Shown: positions 18,496 to 28,293 of the stretch, piece after piece
How positions within the stretch are numbered: the stretch's first letter is position 1
Layout of the letters: the number at the start of each line of letters is the position of its first letter
NCBI GenBank assembly: GCA_045530815.1
Contig: JAZSCU010000024.1
Span: 65 to 64,064 of the forward strand
Source: Candidatus Nanosyncoccus sp.
Lineage (GTDB): Bacteria > Patescibacteriota > Saccharimonadia > Saccharimonadales > Saccharimonadaceae
Length of the DNA stretch: 64,000 bases
Direction: 5' to 3'
Program-made: the position numbers and the translations under genes
Notes under the pieces: generated by a model
Database searches by the model: none
Told to the model about the DNA's origin: nothing
The model's input: only the letters and a program-made list of their open reading frames with translations

Positions 18496-20313
18496 ATGAT
18501 ACTTAGGATTCGCTCTAGCGAGCAAAGCTCTGTAAATAAGAAGCTTTTTGCTCTCCCATTAATCGTGGGCGTAGCTGGGATTGCCGCCGTTAGTAGTTCT
18601 GGCGCAGTGAGTGCTGCTAGTCTCACAGATAACCTAGAAATTAGCCCAGCTTACCAAAAATACATGGCAGACAAAAATTCAGGGCTTGGAGATAAGTGGG
18701 TCTTGATCCCAAATAAATATAATTTTAAACCAGGTGTAGCAGAGGGCCGTGGCAACGGAACAGAATTGCCAAGTTCTTATAATTTAATTGAGGCCGGTTA
18801 TAAAACACCACAAAAAAATCAGGGCGGAGATGGAGATTGTTGGGCATATGCAACTACCACAGCAATGGAATCTTACATGAAAAAGAATATGGGTGTTTCG
18901 ATTGAGTTTTCGCCAAAACAACTAGACTATATTGTTACTCCTAGCACCGAATACGGGACATTCTTGTCTCAAAAGTATGGCGCAAATAGAGAAATCGGTA
19001 CTGCCGGTAGCTTTATTTTAGCGAGCATAGGCCTAAGAAGTGATTATGTGTTAGACCGCGAAGATGTCTTTTTTGCCAGAATGAAAGCTAATGATTCAGA
19101 ATTAGCTAATTACCAATCTTTTAAACAATATAATGATGTTCATACAATTTTGGCTCCAGTTTCTAATTTTAAGGCCTATACTAAACCAATGTCTAGGGAC
19201 CAGATTCTTGGCGACAAAGCAGAATATCTGGTTGATGGTTTTGAATGGATAAATAAAAATGATCCAGACGCCGTGGCCAAAATCAAAGAAAAGGTCTACA
19301 CCAAAGGAGCGATGTATGTAGGAACATTTGCCCCAGAAACCGAAAACTGTTGGGACGAAAATTCCGACACGATCATTGATCGCGATGTAAATACCTGCGG
19401 AAGTGAAAACGGCCATGCTATGGCGATTGTTGGTTGGGATGATAATCATTCATATAAGAAACCAGATGGCACAACGGGGACCGGGGCCTTTATAGTACAA
19501 AATTCCTACGGGCAGGATAGTCTCTTTAGTGATTATGGTATTAACTCTGCCGATGATTACATAGAGTTTTTGCGAGAAGGTGGCGCCCTGGATAATATAT
19601 CACAAGGAGTAATCCAGCAAATACACGACGCAATTGCGCCAGTAATTGAAAACTGGGATGCCGACGAAACTATCTACCTAGCCTACGATTTTGAAAAAGG
19701 AAATAACGGAACTATCGAATTTGCGGCTATCACCAGTATGGTCAAAAATGATTTTGATAAAGTATATGATATGACGCAGGCAACAACAGAAGCTAAAGAC
19801 GGAACTTTCCTAAATTTCAAAATGAAAGGCCAAGGTGAGCAAGATTTAACAGCGGTCGGCCTTGATTTACTAGCTGCTCAATCGAGAAGTATTAATTTTA
19901 CCATAGGTGTGGACAGCAATAATGATGGTATCAGCGAATATGATCAGCCACTTACGTTTGGGGCAGCTGAAGCAGGTAGAAGAGTAGCTAAATTAGATAG
20001 ACCAATCCATGTGTCTGGAGATTTCACTCTTATGGTATCTGCAGAAGGATATGGATTAACAGCTGACAATGACGGCACTATATCAGCATTAGCCTATACA
20101 GGGGGTCCAGCGGCATCTCCAGATACTATTCCGGTTCCAAAAACCGGCAGCGATATTACCGTGCCAAATACCGGTCTCTCTACAAATGATGACAATGGTG
20201 TTAAATTTGGCGGTATAGTAGCAACCCTAGTAGGGATCTTAACCATCGTCGCAACAGCGATAGCATTCAAAAACCGCCATCGTTTACACAAAATCAAATT
20301 TGACAAAAATTAA
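18496..20313 (+). CDS. Secreted papain-like (C1) cysteine peptidase with C-terminal sorting-like signal
   Basis: Signal peptide; KNQGGDGDCWAY, GHAMAIVGWDD, VQNSYG (Gln/Cys/His/Asn); VPKTG and VPNTG + TM + basic tail. Confidence 0.88.
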   Translation: MILRIRSSEQSSVNKKLFALPLIVGVAGIAAVSSSGAVSAASLTDNLEISPAYQKYMADKNSGLGDKWVLIPNKYNFKPGVAEGRGNGTELPSSYNLIEAGYKTPQKNQGGDGDCWAYATTTAMESYMKKNMGVSIEFSPKQLDYIVTPSTEYGTFLSQKYGANREIGTAGSFILASIGLRSDYVLDREDVFFARMKANDSELANYQSFKQYNDVHTILAPVSNFKAYTKPMSRDQILGDKAEYLVDGFEWINKNDPDAVAKIKEKVYTKGAMYVGTFAPETENCWDENSDTIIDRDVNTCGSENGHAMAIVGWDDNHSYKKPDGTTGTGAFIVQNSYGQDSLFSDYGINSADDYIEFLREGGALDNISQGVIQQIHDAIAPVIENWDADETIYLAYDFEKGNNGTIEFAAITSMVKNDFDKVYDMTQATTEAKDGTFLNFKMKGQGEQDLTAVGLDLLAAQSRSINFTIGVDSNNDGISEYDQPLTFGAAEAGRRVAKLDRPIHVSGDFTLMVSAEGYGLTADNDGTISALAYTGGPAASPDTIPVPKTGSDITVPNTGLSTNDDNGVKFGGIVATLVGILTIVATAIAFKNRHRLHKIKFDKN

Positions 20314-20327
20314 AGTAAGATAAAACT

Positions 20328-20358
20328 CTAAAAACACCCCATAAAGGGGTGTTTTTAG
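20328..20358. terminator. Intrinsic terminator
   Basis: CTAAAAACACCCC-ATAAA-GGGGTGTTTTTAG. Confidence 0.8.
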
Positions 20359-20430
20359 TTACGCATACAATTCCCTTCTAAAATATATGGTATAATTATT
20401 AAAAATAATAGGGCAAGAGGAAATCCAAAA

Positions 20431-23148
20431 ATGAAATTCGCAAGTAGTTATGAACCGGGGGAATATGAAACTGACATTTATGCCGCTTGGGAAGCAGCTG
20501 GTGTTTTTAACCCTAACATTCCTACTGTCCCTGTTGATGTCGATAGCGACGGCCACGATGATCGAGAAGAAAAATCAAAATGCTTTTCTATTGTTATGCC
20601 GCCGCCAAACGCTAATGGTGATTTACATATCGGCCATGGTTTAACTGTAGCTCTTGAAGATTCCCTTACCCGTTATTACCGTCTAAAAGGCGCCTCCTCC
20701 TGGTATATTCCGGGCGCTGATCATGCCGGGTTTGAAACCTGGGTAGTTTACGAAAGAGAGCTCGAAAAACACGGCCATACTCGCTTCGAGTTTGATCGCA
20801 ATGAACTTTATGCTAGGGTCTGGGATTTTGTTGCAGAGCAACGTGGTAATATGGAACTCCAACTCCGCGCCTTGGGTGCTTCCTGTGCTTGGGACGATCT
20901 TACCTTTACTCTTGACGAAAACGTCATCGACCGCGTTTATACCACCTTTGAAAAAATGTGGAACGATGGCCTTATTTACAGAGGTAAAAAACTCGTGAAC
21001 TTCTGCCCCAAACACCAAACCGCCTTCGCTGATATCGAGGTTGAACATAAAGACGAAAAAGGTACTCTCTGGGAAATCGCATATGATGACATTATCGTAT
21101 CCACTACAAGACCCGAAACTCTTTTTGGCGACACTGCCGTTGCTGTCAATCCCGAAGATGAGAGGTACAAAGATCGCATCGGCAAAACAGTTCATCTTCC
21201 TCTAACCGATCGCGAAATTCCTATTATTGCTGACGAGCATGCTGATCCCGAGTACGGCACCGGCGCAGTCAAAATCACCCCTGCCCACGATTTTGACGAT
21301 TTTGAAGTGGGCGAGCGCCACAATCTAGAACAAATTCAGGTCATTCAAGAAGACGGCAAAATGATCAATGTTCCCGAAAAATATAACGGTCTTTCTACCG
21401 CCGAATGCCGCAAACAGGTTCTAAAGGATTTGAAAGAACAAGGTCTATTAAAAGGTGAGAAAAAAATCGTTCACTCTGTTGCTCATTGTTATAAATGTGA
21501 TACAGTACTAGAACCCATGCTAAAAGAGCAATGGTTTGTAGATGTCGAAAAACTTGCAAAGACAGCAATCGCGCACCTCGAAGCCAACGAAATACAATTT
21601 TATCCAGAAAATAAGCAAAAAGTCCTAATTAACTATCTAAATAACCTAAGAGATTGGAATATCTCTCGCCAAATTCCTTGGGGTATCGCTATCCCAATGT
21701 TTAAAAAAGCAAATGACGATGCGACAGACGAGCCAGATTGGATTTTTGATCGTCGCACCAACCTAAAAGAAATCGAAAAGAATGGTGTTAAGTATATACG
21801 AGACGAAGATACTTTTGACACTTGGTTTTCGAGTAGTCACTGGCCTATCGTCTGTACTGACTGGTCCGAGGATCACCACACCCCATATTATCCATTGAAT
21901 GTCATGGAAACCGGCGCCGACATTCTCTTTGCTTGGGTTGCCCGTATGATTATGATGGGGCTTTATGTTACAGATGAAGTACCGTTTAAGGAAGTATATC
22001 TTCATGGGCTCGTCCTCGATGAACACGGCAAAAAAATGAGCAAAAGCAAAGGCAACGTTATCAACCCTATGGACCTTGTTGCAAAATACGGTTCCGATGC
22101 GTTTCGTCTCGGTATCTTAAGGGGCCGCTCCGCCGGCATGAATCAAGCCTTTTCCGAAAACTCTGTTATTTCTGGTCGCAACCTCTGTAACAAACTCTGG
22201 AACATCTCCCGCCTCATCCAATCCCTCGTCGATGAAGAGGGCAGTAGTAGCGAATTTGAAAATAGTGCTACTCGAGGGCTTCCGGAGGTTACGACCGAGG
22301 ATGAGGGCGCGAGCCCCGTAACGAGGGGCGCGGGCGACCCGTCCCGAGAGAGCACTATTTCAAATTCGCCATATACAACTCTCAACATGGGCGAAGATTG
22401 GATCTGTCGCGAGATCAACAATTGTCTGTCACAGGTTGAAGACGACATCAAAACCTACCGTTTTGCCGAAGCAGTCGAAACATTGTACCAAACTATTTGG
22501 GATAAATATGCCGACTGGTTCCTAGAGAGTCAAAAAATTTTCCAGAATAAGGAGCTACTGGAGCGTACTCTAGAAACACTTTTGATTGCTCTTCACCCCT
22601 TTGCTCCTTTTGTTACTGAAACTATTTGGCAAAACCTCAGCTGGACCGAAGGCTTCATTATTACCGCTAAATGGCCCGAAAAACTAAAATATGACCCTAT
22701 TTCAGCCGAAAACTTTGAAAACATAAGAACTATCGTTTCTGAGGTTAGAGGCACCCTACAGGCCCTTCCAGGCACCAATAACGCGAAAAAATACACCTTG
22801 TTGTACGACAATGACAGCCTCGTAGAGGATAATTTACTACTTATCAAGACTCTGACAAAGGTCCCTACGATAAATCCTCTCAGTGGCGCCCCTAGAGGTC
22901 TCCGCCTCGCCTTGGCAAATCACGAGCTCTATTTAGATGTTCCTGCCGAAGTTGTAGCCGAATATAAGGAAACACTTACCGACAAAATTCTCTCTGTTGG
23001 GCGCGAGCTAGACGCCTTAAATCTCAGAATGCAAAATCCAAATTATGTCGAAAGAGCCCCTGCTCACCTCGTCAAAGAAACCAAAGATCAGATCAAGGAA
23101 AAAGAATCTCTCATCGATCGCCTAAAACAACAACTAGAATTAATTTAA
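20431..23148 (+). CDS. valS: Valine--tRNA ligase carrying a 40-aa palindrome-encoded insertion
   Basis: PPPNANGDLHIGH, TTRPETL.GDTAVAVNPEDERY, WNISRQ, DTWFSS, KMSKSKGN, C-terminal coiled arm. Confidence 0.97.
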   Translation: MKFASSYEPGEYETDIYAAWEAAGVFNPNIPTVPVDVDSDGHDDREEKSKCFSIVMPPPNANGDLHIGHGLTVALEDSLTRYYRLKGASSWYIPGADHAGFETWVVYERELEKHGHTRFEFDRNELYARVWDFVAEQRGNMELQLRALGASCAWDDLTFTLDENVIDRVYTTFEKMWNDGLIYRGKKLVNFCPKHQTAFADIEVEHKDEKGTLWEIAYDDIIVSTTRPETLFGDTAVAVNPEDERYKDRIGKTVHLPLTDREIPIIADEHADPEYGTGAVKITPAHDFDDFEVGERHNLEQIQVIQEDGKMINVPEKYNGLSTAECRKQVLKDLKEQGLLKGEKKIVHSVAHCYKCDTVLEPMLKEQWFVDVEKLAKTAIAHLEANEIQFYPENKQKVLINYLNNLRDWNISRQIPWGIAIPMFKKANDDATDEPDWIFDRRTNLKEIEKNGVKYIRDEDTFDTWFSSSHWPIVCTDWSEDHHTPYYPLNVMETGADILFAWVARMIMMGLYVTDEVPFKEVYLHGLVLDEHGKKMSKSKGNVINPMDLVAKYGSDAFRLGILRGRSAGMNQAFSENSVISGRNLCNKLWNISRLIQSLVDEEGSSSEFENSATRGLPEVTTEDEGASPVTRGAGDPSRESTISNSPYTTLNMGEDWICREINNCLSQVEDDIKTYRFAEAVETLYQTIWDKYADWFLESQKIFQNKELLERTLETLLIALHPFAPFVTETIWQNLSWTEGFIITAKWPEKLKYDPISAENFENIRTIVSEVRGTLQALPGTNNAKKYTLLYDNDSLVEDNLLLIKTLTKVPTINPLSGAPRGLRLALANHELYLDVPAEVVAEYKETLTDKILSVGRELDALNLRMQNPNYVERAPAHLVKETKDQIKEKESLIDRLKQQLELI
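22250..22369. repeat. 120-bp palindromic element inserted in frame in valS
   Basis: Arms GCGAATTTGAAAATAGTGCT / AGCACTATTTCAAATTCGC (19 bp, one bulged A); GC-rich core with GCCCC/GGGGC hairpin. Confidence 0.88.
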
Positions 23149-23161
23149 AAGAAAGGATGCT

Positions 23162-23530
23162 ATGATTGATCCAAATACACTTTTTGGTACAGAATCAGAT
23201 AATTCCGAAGCCAAAAAATGGGGAGTCGTGGAGAACACCCCTTTTGCCGGCGCAGAAGAGCCAGAGCAAACATAGACATCCGAGACAGAAAACGACCCCA
23301 ATAACTCAGAGGATGGCCCAGCTTACCCCTATGGTGCATTGATTAAAAATGAAGAAGATAAAGTTTTAGGCAAAGTCGTCAGTGCTCCCTTTGAGAATGA
23401 GCAGGACACTAAGGAAGCCTTGCAAGCCGATTCAAATAAAGTAAATGGTTACTCAGCGGCTAATCGCGTAGTTATGGCCCCTGATGATAGCAATTATTAC
23501 ATCATCGAACCAGAATATACTTCTATTTAA
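23162..23530 (+). pseudogene. Acidic hypothetical ORF split by one in-frame TAG (23273-23275)
   Basis: GAAAGGA SD + ATG 23162; the frame is continuous with track ORF 23339-23530 across a single TAG. Confidence 0.6.
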
Positions 23531-23690
23531 AAAATTCACGGCCGGTTTGCCATGGATTTTTCCGCAAAAAAAAGGACGCGACTAGTTAGCCGCGGGCCTT
23601 TTATAAGTTGGTAGGGGCTATAAGAATCCCCATTTGTCTACATTTACTACCTTAGAACATTTTTGTGGATTCTTCATTATAACCCTCCTT

Positions 23691-24410
23691 TCAACCTGCT
23701 TCATACTCCTCATCGCTAATATATGTTCCGCGCAAGTCACTGAACTCCCCTGCGTCGATTTGTCTCCAGTCCCCGGGGCCGCCTTCGTAGTAGGCTCGCA
23801 CGATATTAACTTGGATGATTATGCATCCTTGTTTCTCATCGTACTGTGGTATATCAGCAAGAATATATTGCTCTACGAGCTCAATTACCTCCTTAACACC
23901 GGCCCGGAACCAGAACCCGGAACAGTCTGAGTCATCAACCCATCCATCATCCGAATTGACGATAAAGTCGTCCTCTAGTTCGTCGTCCTGGATACCGTCA
24001 AGATACATAGCGATTTCATCCTCCAAAGTTTCCTTGTCGATCTTTGTAAAGATCCTCAGAGTCGACTCGACACCTTCCTGCATAGGAATGCGCCCCTCCG
24101 TAATACCTTTACGGAGCTCAGTCAATTCATCCCACCATTTCTGGATGATCTCGCAGATCGCCTGGACGTCACCGCTACTATAAGCTTCATTTGTTTTTAT
24201 AATAGTTACTTCTCCTTCCTTAACATCGATATTGATCCCTTTGTTTACATTTTCAAATGCGTATTTCATAGTTCCTTTTCCTCCTTCGTTTTTTACTTCA
24301 CTATTATTGTTTACGACTTCCTTATTAATATTGTTATTCATTGCATTCTCTCCTTTTCTGTTGTTCATCGTGATTTCCATGTTACCTTTTGCTTCTGTAT
24401 TAGTGTTCAT
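23691..24410 (-). CDS. Hypothetical acidic protein with repeated in-frame SD-ATG starts
   Basis: 239-aa ORF, AGGAGG SD, consensus promoter upstream, hairpin near 23570-23602 downstream. Confidence 0.7.
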   Translation of the reverse strand: MNTNTEAKGNMEITMNNRKGENAMNNNINKEVVNNNSEVKNEGGKGTMKYAFENVNKGINIDVKEGEVTIIKTNEAYSSGDVQAICEIIQKWWDELTELRKGITEGRIPMQEGVESTLRIFTKIDKETLEDEIAMYLDGIQDDELEDDFIVNSDDGWVDDSDCSGFWFRAGVKEVIELVEQYILADIPQYDEKQGCIIIQVNIVRAYYEGGPGDWRQIDAGEFSDLRGTYISDEEYEAG

Positions 24411-24569
24411 TGTGATTCCTCCTTAATCGTAATTTTCAAAAAACAAATGCTAAACTATATGTGACAAGTAGTAGTACCAACCTATTTTTTAAAGTACAAA
24501 CATTTTGTAACTTTTACAACCCCCGCTTTATTTAGTTACAAAGAGCTTATGCTTAAGCTCATTCTCACT

Positions 24570-24598
24570 ATTATATCACACAGTGCTAAATTTGTCAA
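24570..24598 (-). promoter_or_regulatory. Consensus sigma70 promoter for the 24410 gene
   Basis: Reverse complement TTGACA-17 bp-TATAAT with a TG extension. Confidence 0.75.
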
Positions 24599-24745
24599 TA
24601 TAATTAACACAATTCAAGTATCAAATCAATCAAAATACCGCCCTACGACCCCTGCAACAAACCAAAAGTAACAAAAAAGGCAGAAACTGCCTTTTTTGAT
24701 CATCATTATTTAACTGCTGTAAATATACTACAGATTAAATAATAA

Positions 24746-27700
24746 TTAGAAATTTCCTCCTAGCATTAATCTAAGATAGTCTTCTTCCGCGATTCGTCGG
24801 AGCTCTTCTTGGTAAGCACTTTCCCCACCTCTATTACGCGCCTCTGTTAGGCGTCTTTGAATTCTATCTTGCCTTTCCTGCCATGCTCTATATCCCGCCA
24901 AACTTCCAGGGAAACGTTCTTCTATACTATCTATCCCAATTGCTTCATCAGGGAAGTTTCGTTGCATATAATCACTAAATCCTACCCGACCGCGCTCGCC
25001 TGAACCATAGGTTCTAAGGAGTAACGCCTTCTTGTCGCCATCTCCTAAATACAACATGGCATTTCTAATAGCCTTATCTTTACCCAATTCTTCGTAATCC
25101 TGTATATCAACATGTGGGACTCGGGCAATTCGCTGATCATTATTTCGGATTGCATCGAGTTTGGAATAGAGGAATAGGTCTGTAAAATCTTCGTCTTTAT
25201 CTAGGCGCATCACATACATGGCGCTTTCATTATTGAAGCTCTCCATGATAACGCACTGTTTACCGCGGAAATTAAATTTAAAACCAATATATGAGTTTTG
25301 ATTATCGATATTAATATTGGCGAATGGATCATCTGGGTCATAGTCCTCAACCGATTCGCCGGAGAAGCCATCCATAAACCAATCAACCGAGTCTTCTCCT
25401 TCTGGATTATCAAAAGCCCCAGGTATATTGTTTTTGATCCAAAGATACCACTCATTCAACGCCATCACCTTCCTCAAACCAAAATCTTCAGGGGCTCCTT
25501 CGCCCTCGTATGCAGGAATTTCAGGTTTTGGTCTAGGAGGAGTAACACGAGAAGTGTAAGATTCATCAGAAAACGTACCTTCTACCGGCTCTAGACCATA
25601 CCCCTTAATTTTCTCTACCAGTTCTTTCTTATAACGATTAATCAATCTCTTGACGTCATCGTGTGAAAGTGACCTACGAGTCATGTGTGCTAGACCCTCA
25701 TCCAAAGCTTCAGCTTCCTCAGCTGCCTTTCTAGCTTCCTCTCGTTTCTTCTGTATTACATAATCCTTATAAGCTTCGTTGTTGTTTCTAAAACTGCCTA
25801 TCTTATTCTTTAATCCTCGTGGCGTATCTTCATCCGCCCATACACTATGTAGCATAAAATCAAATTTATCTGGATTAGTGACAAAAACGTTTTCGAAATA
25901 CCATTCAGCAGCCGAGCTTTTTTCACCTTTTGTGGCCTGCAAGACACGCATAAACCCATCAAACGCCTTATTGAAGACCTCAGGATCGCTAAAGTCAAGT
26001 CCTATCTCATCTTTATATTGCTTATAGAAGTCAGTTTCAAATATCTTCAGAAAATTATTATCTGGGTCCGAATAAGATGGATCTGTTATCCCAGTAGCCA
26101 AGCACTCGAGAAGAGCACTGCGGGCTGACTCCATCTTACCAGTAAATTCTACCTCTCTATCTGGATACAACATCTTAAGGACGTCGGCCGGAGGTAAGAA
26201 TTCTTCATAAGCGGCAAGCTCTTCAGGTACTTTTATAAGATCTGTAGAGGACCCAAAGGTCCATTTAACTTTCTCTCTATTCATCATCTCTTCAAGTAAT
26301 TCTTGTCGTCTGTCCTCATTAGCCCTATACCCAATGAGAGTACGTCCCAGATCAAAATTAGCTCCTTCTACTGCAGCTTTCTTGCGTTCCTCTATGGCGG
26401 AGACAAGTTCAGGATTGTCTTTTTCGGCCTCTGCGATAGTAGCTAGCATTTCACGTCGTTTTTCTTCTGCTGCGCTTGACACATCATCTGACAAATATCT
26501 AATTTCACCATTAATGTTTCTAACCCCAAAACGTGAACGCTCCCGGTCGAAGACCAAGCCATTTTCCGATGGAGCATCCATCATTTCAGCGACCAACTCT
26601 TTAAGAGCAAAGACTTCTGGGATGACGTTATTTTCATCTTCTTTATAACCGTTTGCTAGGATTTGCCTTCTTAGGCTTTGGTCATTAACGTCTAATCCTA
26701 GTTCTTGAATTTTTTCGACGATCTGTTCTCGGCTCAAATCACCAGCCTTAAAGAAGAGAGTACCCTCTTTAACACCTTTTGCAACCAAAGATTCTAATAC
26801 GAATTTTTCTTTTTCAGGCGTTAGTTCTTCAACCGTTTCCTGTAGTTCGCCACTTAAAAGTTCGGTCTGAGCACGATTAAGGATTGCTTGAGCTACTATA
26901 GGCGTTTCGTATGTATATTCAAAATTATATCTATGCCTATAAGAGTTCCAGCCACTATGCTTATTTTTAACTCTGAGCTCAGTACTTAGCGAACCAGCTA
27001 AACCTTCAGCTAATTCTTCTTTGCTAGGAGCGTCCATAGAGCCCTGCTCCATTTTGCGTTGGCGAGCTTCCCTGTAAGCGTCCTCCGCTGTAACGTCACC
27101 TTTTCTTAATGCTTCTTGTCTTTTCCCGAGATATTCAACTACTAAGCGCGGTATATCTTCTTTCATCCTTTCCATTCTGTATTTGGTGAACTTAGTATCA
27201 GGGAACATTTCTTGAGTAATTTTTTTAATCTCCTCAGGCGTTACAAACTTTGCTACCGCCTCGACACGTGCCTCATAAGCATCTTTTTCCTTACGCTCTT
27301 CTTCCTCACGTGCTCGTTTTTGTTCTTCTCTTTCTAACCTTGATTGCTTATCTTGCACATCTTCATAGTGCCTTGGCCTTCTCGTTTTTTCTCCGTTCTT
27401 TTGCCAATCTTTATATGCTGGTGTAGGTGCCCATACGTGTACTTTGTCATCATCCGGATCACGCATCAGTTTATAATCTTCCTTTTCGAAAGTTTCTGCG
27501 TCAAGCGGAGCACCCAATTCTTCAGCCTCTTTAAACGTATCTTCATGCTCTTTCCAGAATGGGTCAAGCTCACTCTTTTTTTCATCGTCAGCAGCTATAC
27601 CCACTGACCCCAACTTCCCTGCTAAACGGCTTTCATCTTCCATTTTTGCATCTTCAGCAGCTAAATCCGTTAGCCCTTGCAACTCCGCTAAACGCCTTTC

Positions 27701-27973
27701 ATAATCTTCTTGTGACTCACCATCTAGCTGAGGGTAGGTTTCTTCGCTAATGGTGCTATCATCTGTTGCCCCACGAGGCTCTTCTGCGAGATTGTCGAAC
27801 CCTCTCTCGATAACTTTGGCCTGCTGGTCCTCCGGCAAATCTTGCCCCAAATAAACAGTTTCACCCTTATCATTTGTTGTCGAGTGTGATGCCATTTGTT
27901 CTGCAATTGCTTGCCATTCTTTGCCGTTGCCCTGTTCGTCGCCTTGTGTATTTTTGTGATCTTCAGTGTTCAT
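24746..27973 (-). CDS. Large Glu/Asp/Lys-rich hypothetical protein (1075 aa)
   Basis: Long uninterrupted ORF with AAAGGAG SD; no motif recognised. Confidence 0.8.
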   Translation of the reverse strand: MNTEDHKNTQGDEQGNGKEWQAIAEQMASHSTTNDKGETVYLGQDLPEDQQAKVIERGFDNLAEEPRGATDDSTISEETYPQLDGESQEDYERRLAELQGLTDLAAEDAKMEDESRLAGKLGSVGIAADDEKKSELDPFWKEHEDTFKEAEELGAPLDAETFEKEDYKLMRDPDDDKVHVWAPTPAYKDWQKNGEKTRRPRHYEDVQDKQSRLEREEQKRAREEEERKEKDAYEARVEAVAKFVTPEEIKKITQEMFPDTKFTKYRMERMKEDIPRLVVEYLGKRQEALRKGDVTAEDAYREARQRKMEQGSMDAPSKEELAEGLAGSLSTELRVKNKHSGWNSYRHRYNFEYTYETPIVAQAILNRAQTELLSGELQETVEELTPEKEKFVLESLVAKGVKEGTLFFKAGDLSREQIVEKIQELGLDVNDQSLRRQILANGYKEDENNVIPEVFALKELVAEMMDAPSENGLVFDRERSRFGVRNINGEIRYLSDDVSSAAEEKRREMLATIAEAEKDNPELVSAIEERKKAAVEGANFDLGRTLIGYRANEDRRQELLEEMMNREKVKWTFGSSTDLIKVPEELAAYEEFLPPADVLKMLYPDREVEFTGKMESARSALLECLATGITDPSYSDPDNNFLKIFETDFYKQYKDEIGLDFSDPEVFNKAFDGFMRVLQATKGEKSSAAEWYFENVFVTNPDKFDFMLHSVWADEDTPRGLKNKIGSFRNNNEAYKDYVIQKKREEARKAAEEAEALDEGLAHMTRRSLSHDDVKRLINRYKKELVEKIKGYGLEPVEGTFSDESYTSRVTPPRPKPEIPAYEGEGAPEDFGLRKVMALNEWYLWIKNNIPGAFDNPEGEDSVDWFMDGFSGESVEDYDPDDPFANINIDNQNSYIGFKFNFRGKQCVIMESFNNESAMYVMRLDKDEDFTDLFLYSKLDAIRNNDQRIARVPHVDIQDYEELGKDKAIRNAMLYLGDGDKKALLLRTYGSGERGRVGFSDYMQRNFPDEAIGIDSIEERFPGSLAGYRAWQERQDRIQRRLTEARNRGGESAYQEELRRIAEEDYLRLMLGGNF

Positions 27974-28072
27974 TTTTTCTCCTTTGCGCCCCCCAAAAAA
28001 ATCATAACCTTTTTATAACTACATTTTAAACTAAAAAAAGGTATTAAGTCAAGTATTTTTTGTAATTATATC

Positions 28073-28101
28073 TTGACATAAACATAATACTATGCTATAA
28101 T
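28073..28101 (+). promoter_or_regulatory. Consensus sigma70 promoter followed by a leader of about 185 nt
   Basis: TTGACA(28073)-17 bp-TATAAT(28096) with TG extension. Confidence 0.78.
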
Positions 28102-28293
28102 ATTCAACAATCTAATGAGAGTATTAAATTAGAAGCAAATTAACAGCTGGAAACAGTATAGGATTTGTTTATATAGATTAATTTTTTGTTCCATCTTAGG
28201 CTTCCGCTAGCCAAGATTTTATATAGAGTAACCCGTAAATCAAGTATTTGAATCTGTAAAATATATAATCTTTTAAAGAAAGGGAGTCTAAAA

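Noticed and set aside
20511-20580. EF-hand/dockerin-like DVDSDGHDD insert near the ValS N-terminus
   Set aside because: A single short acidic stretch, not palindromic; too weak to assign.
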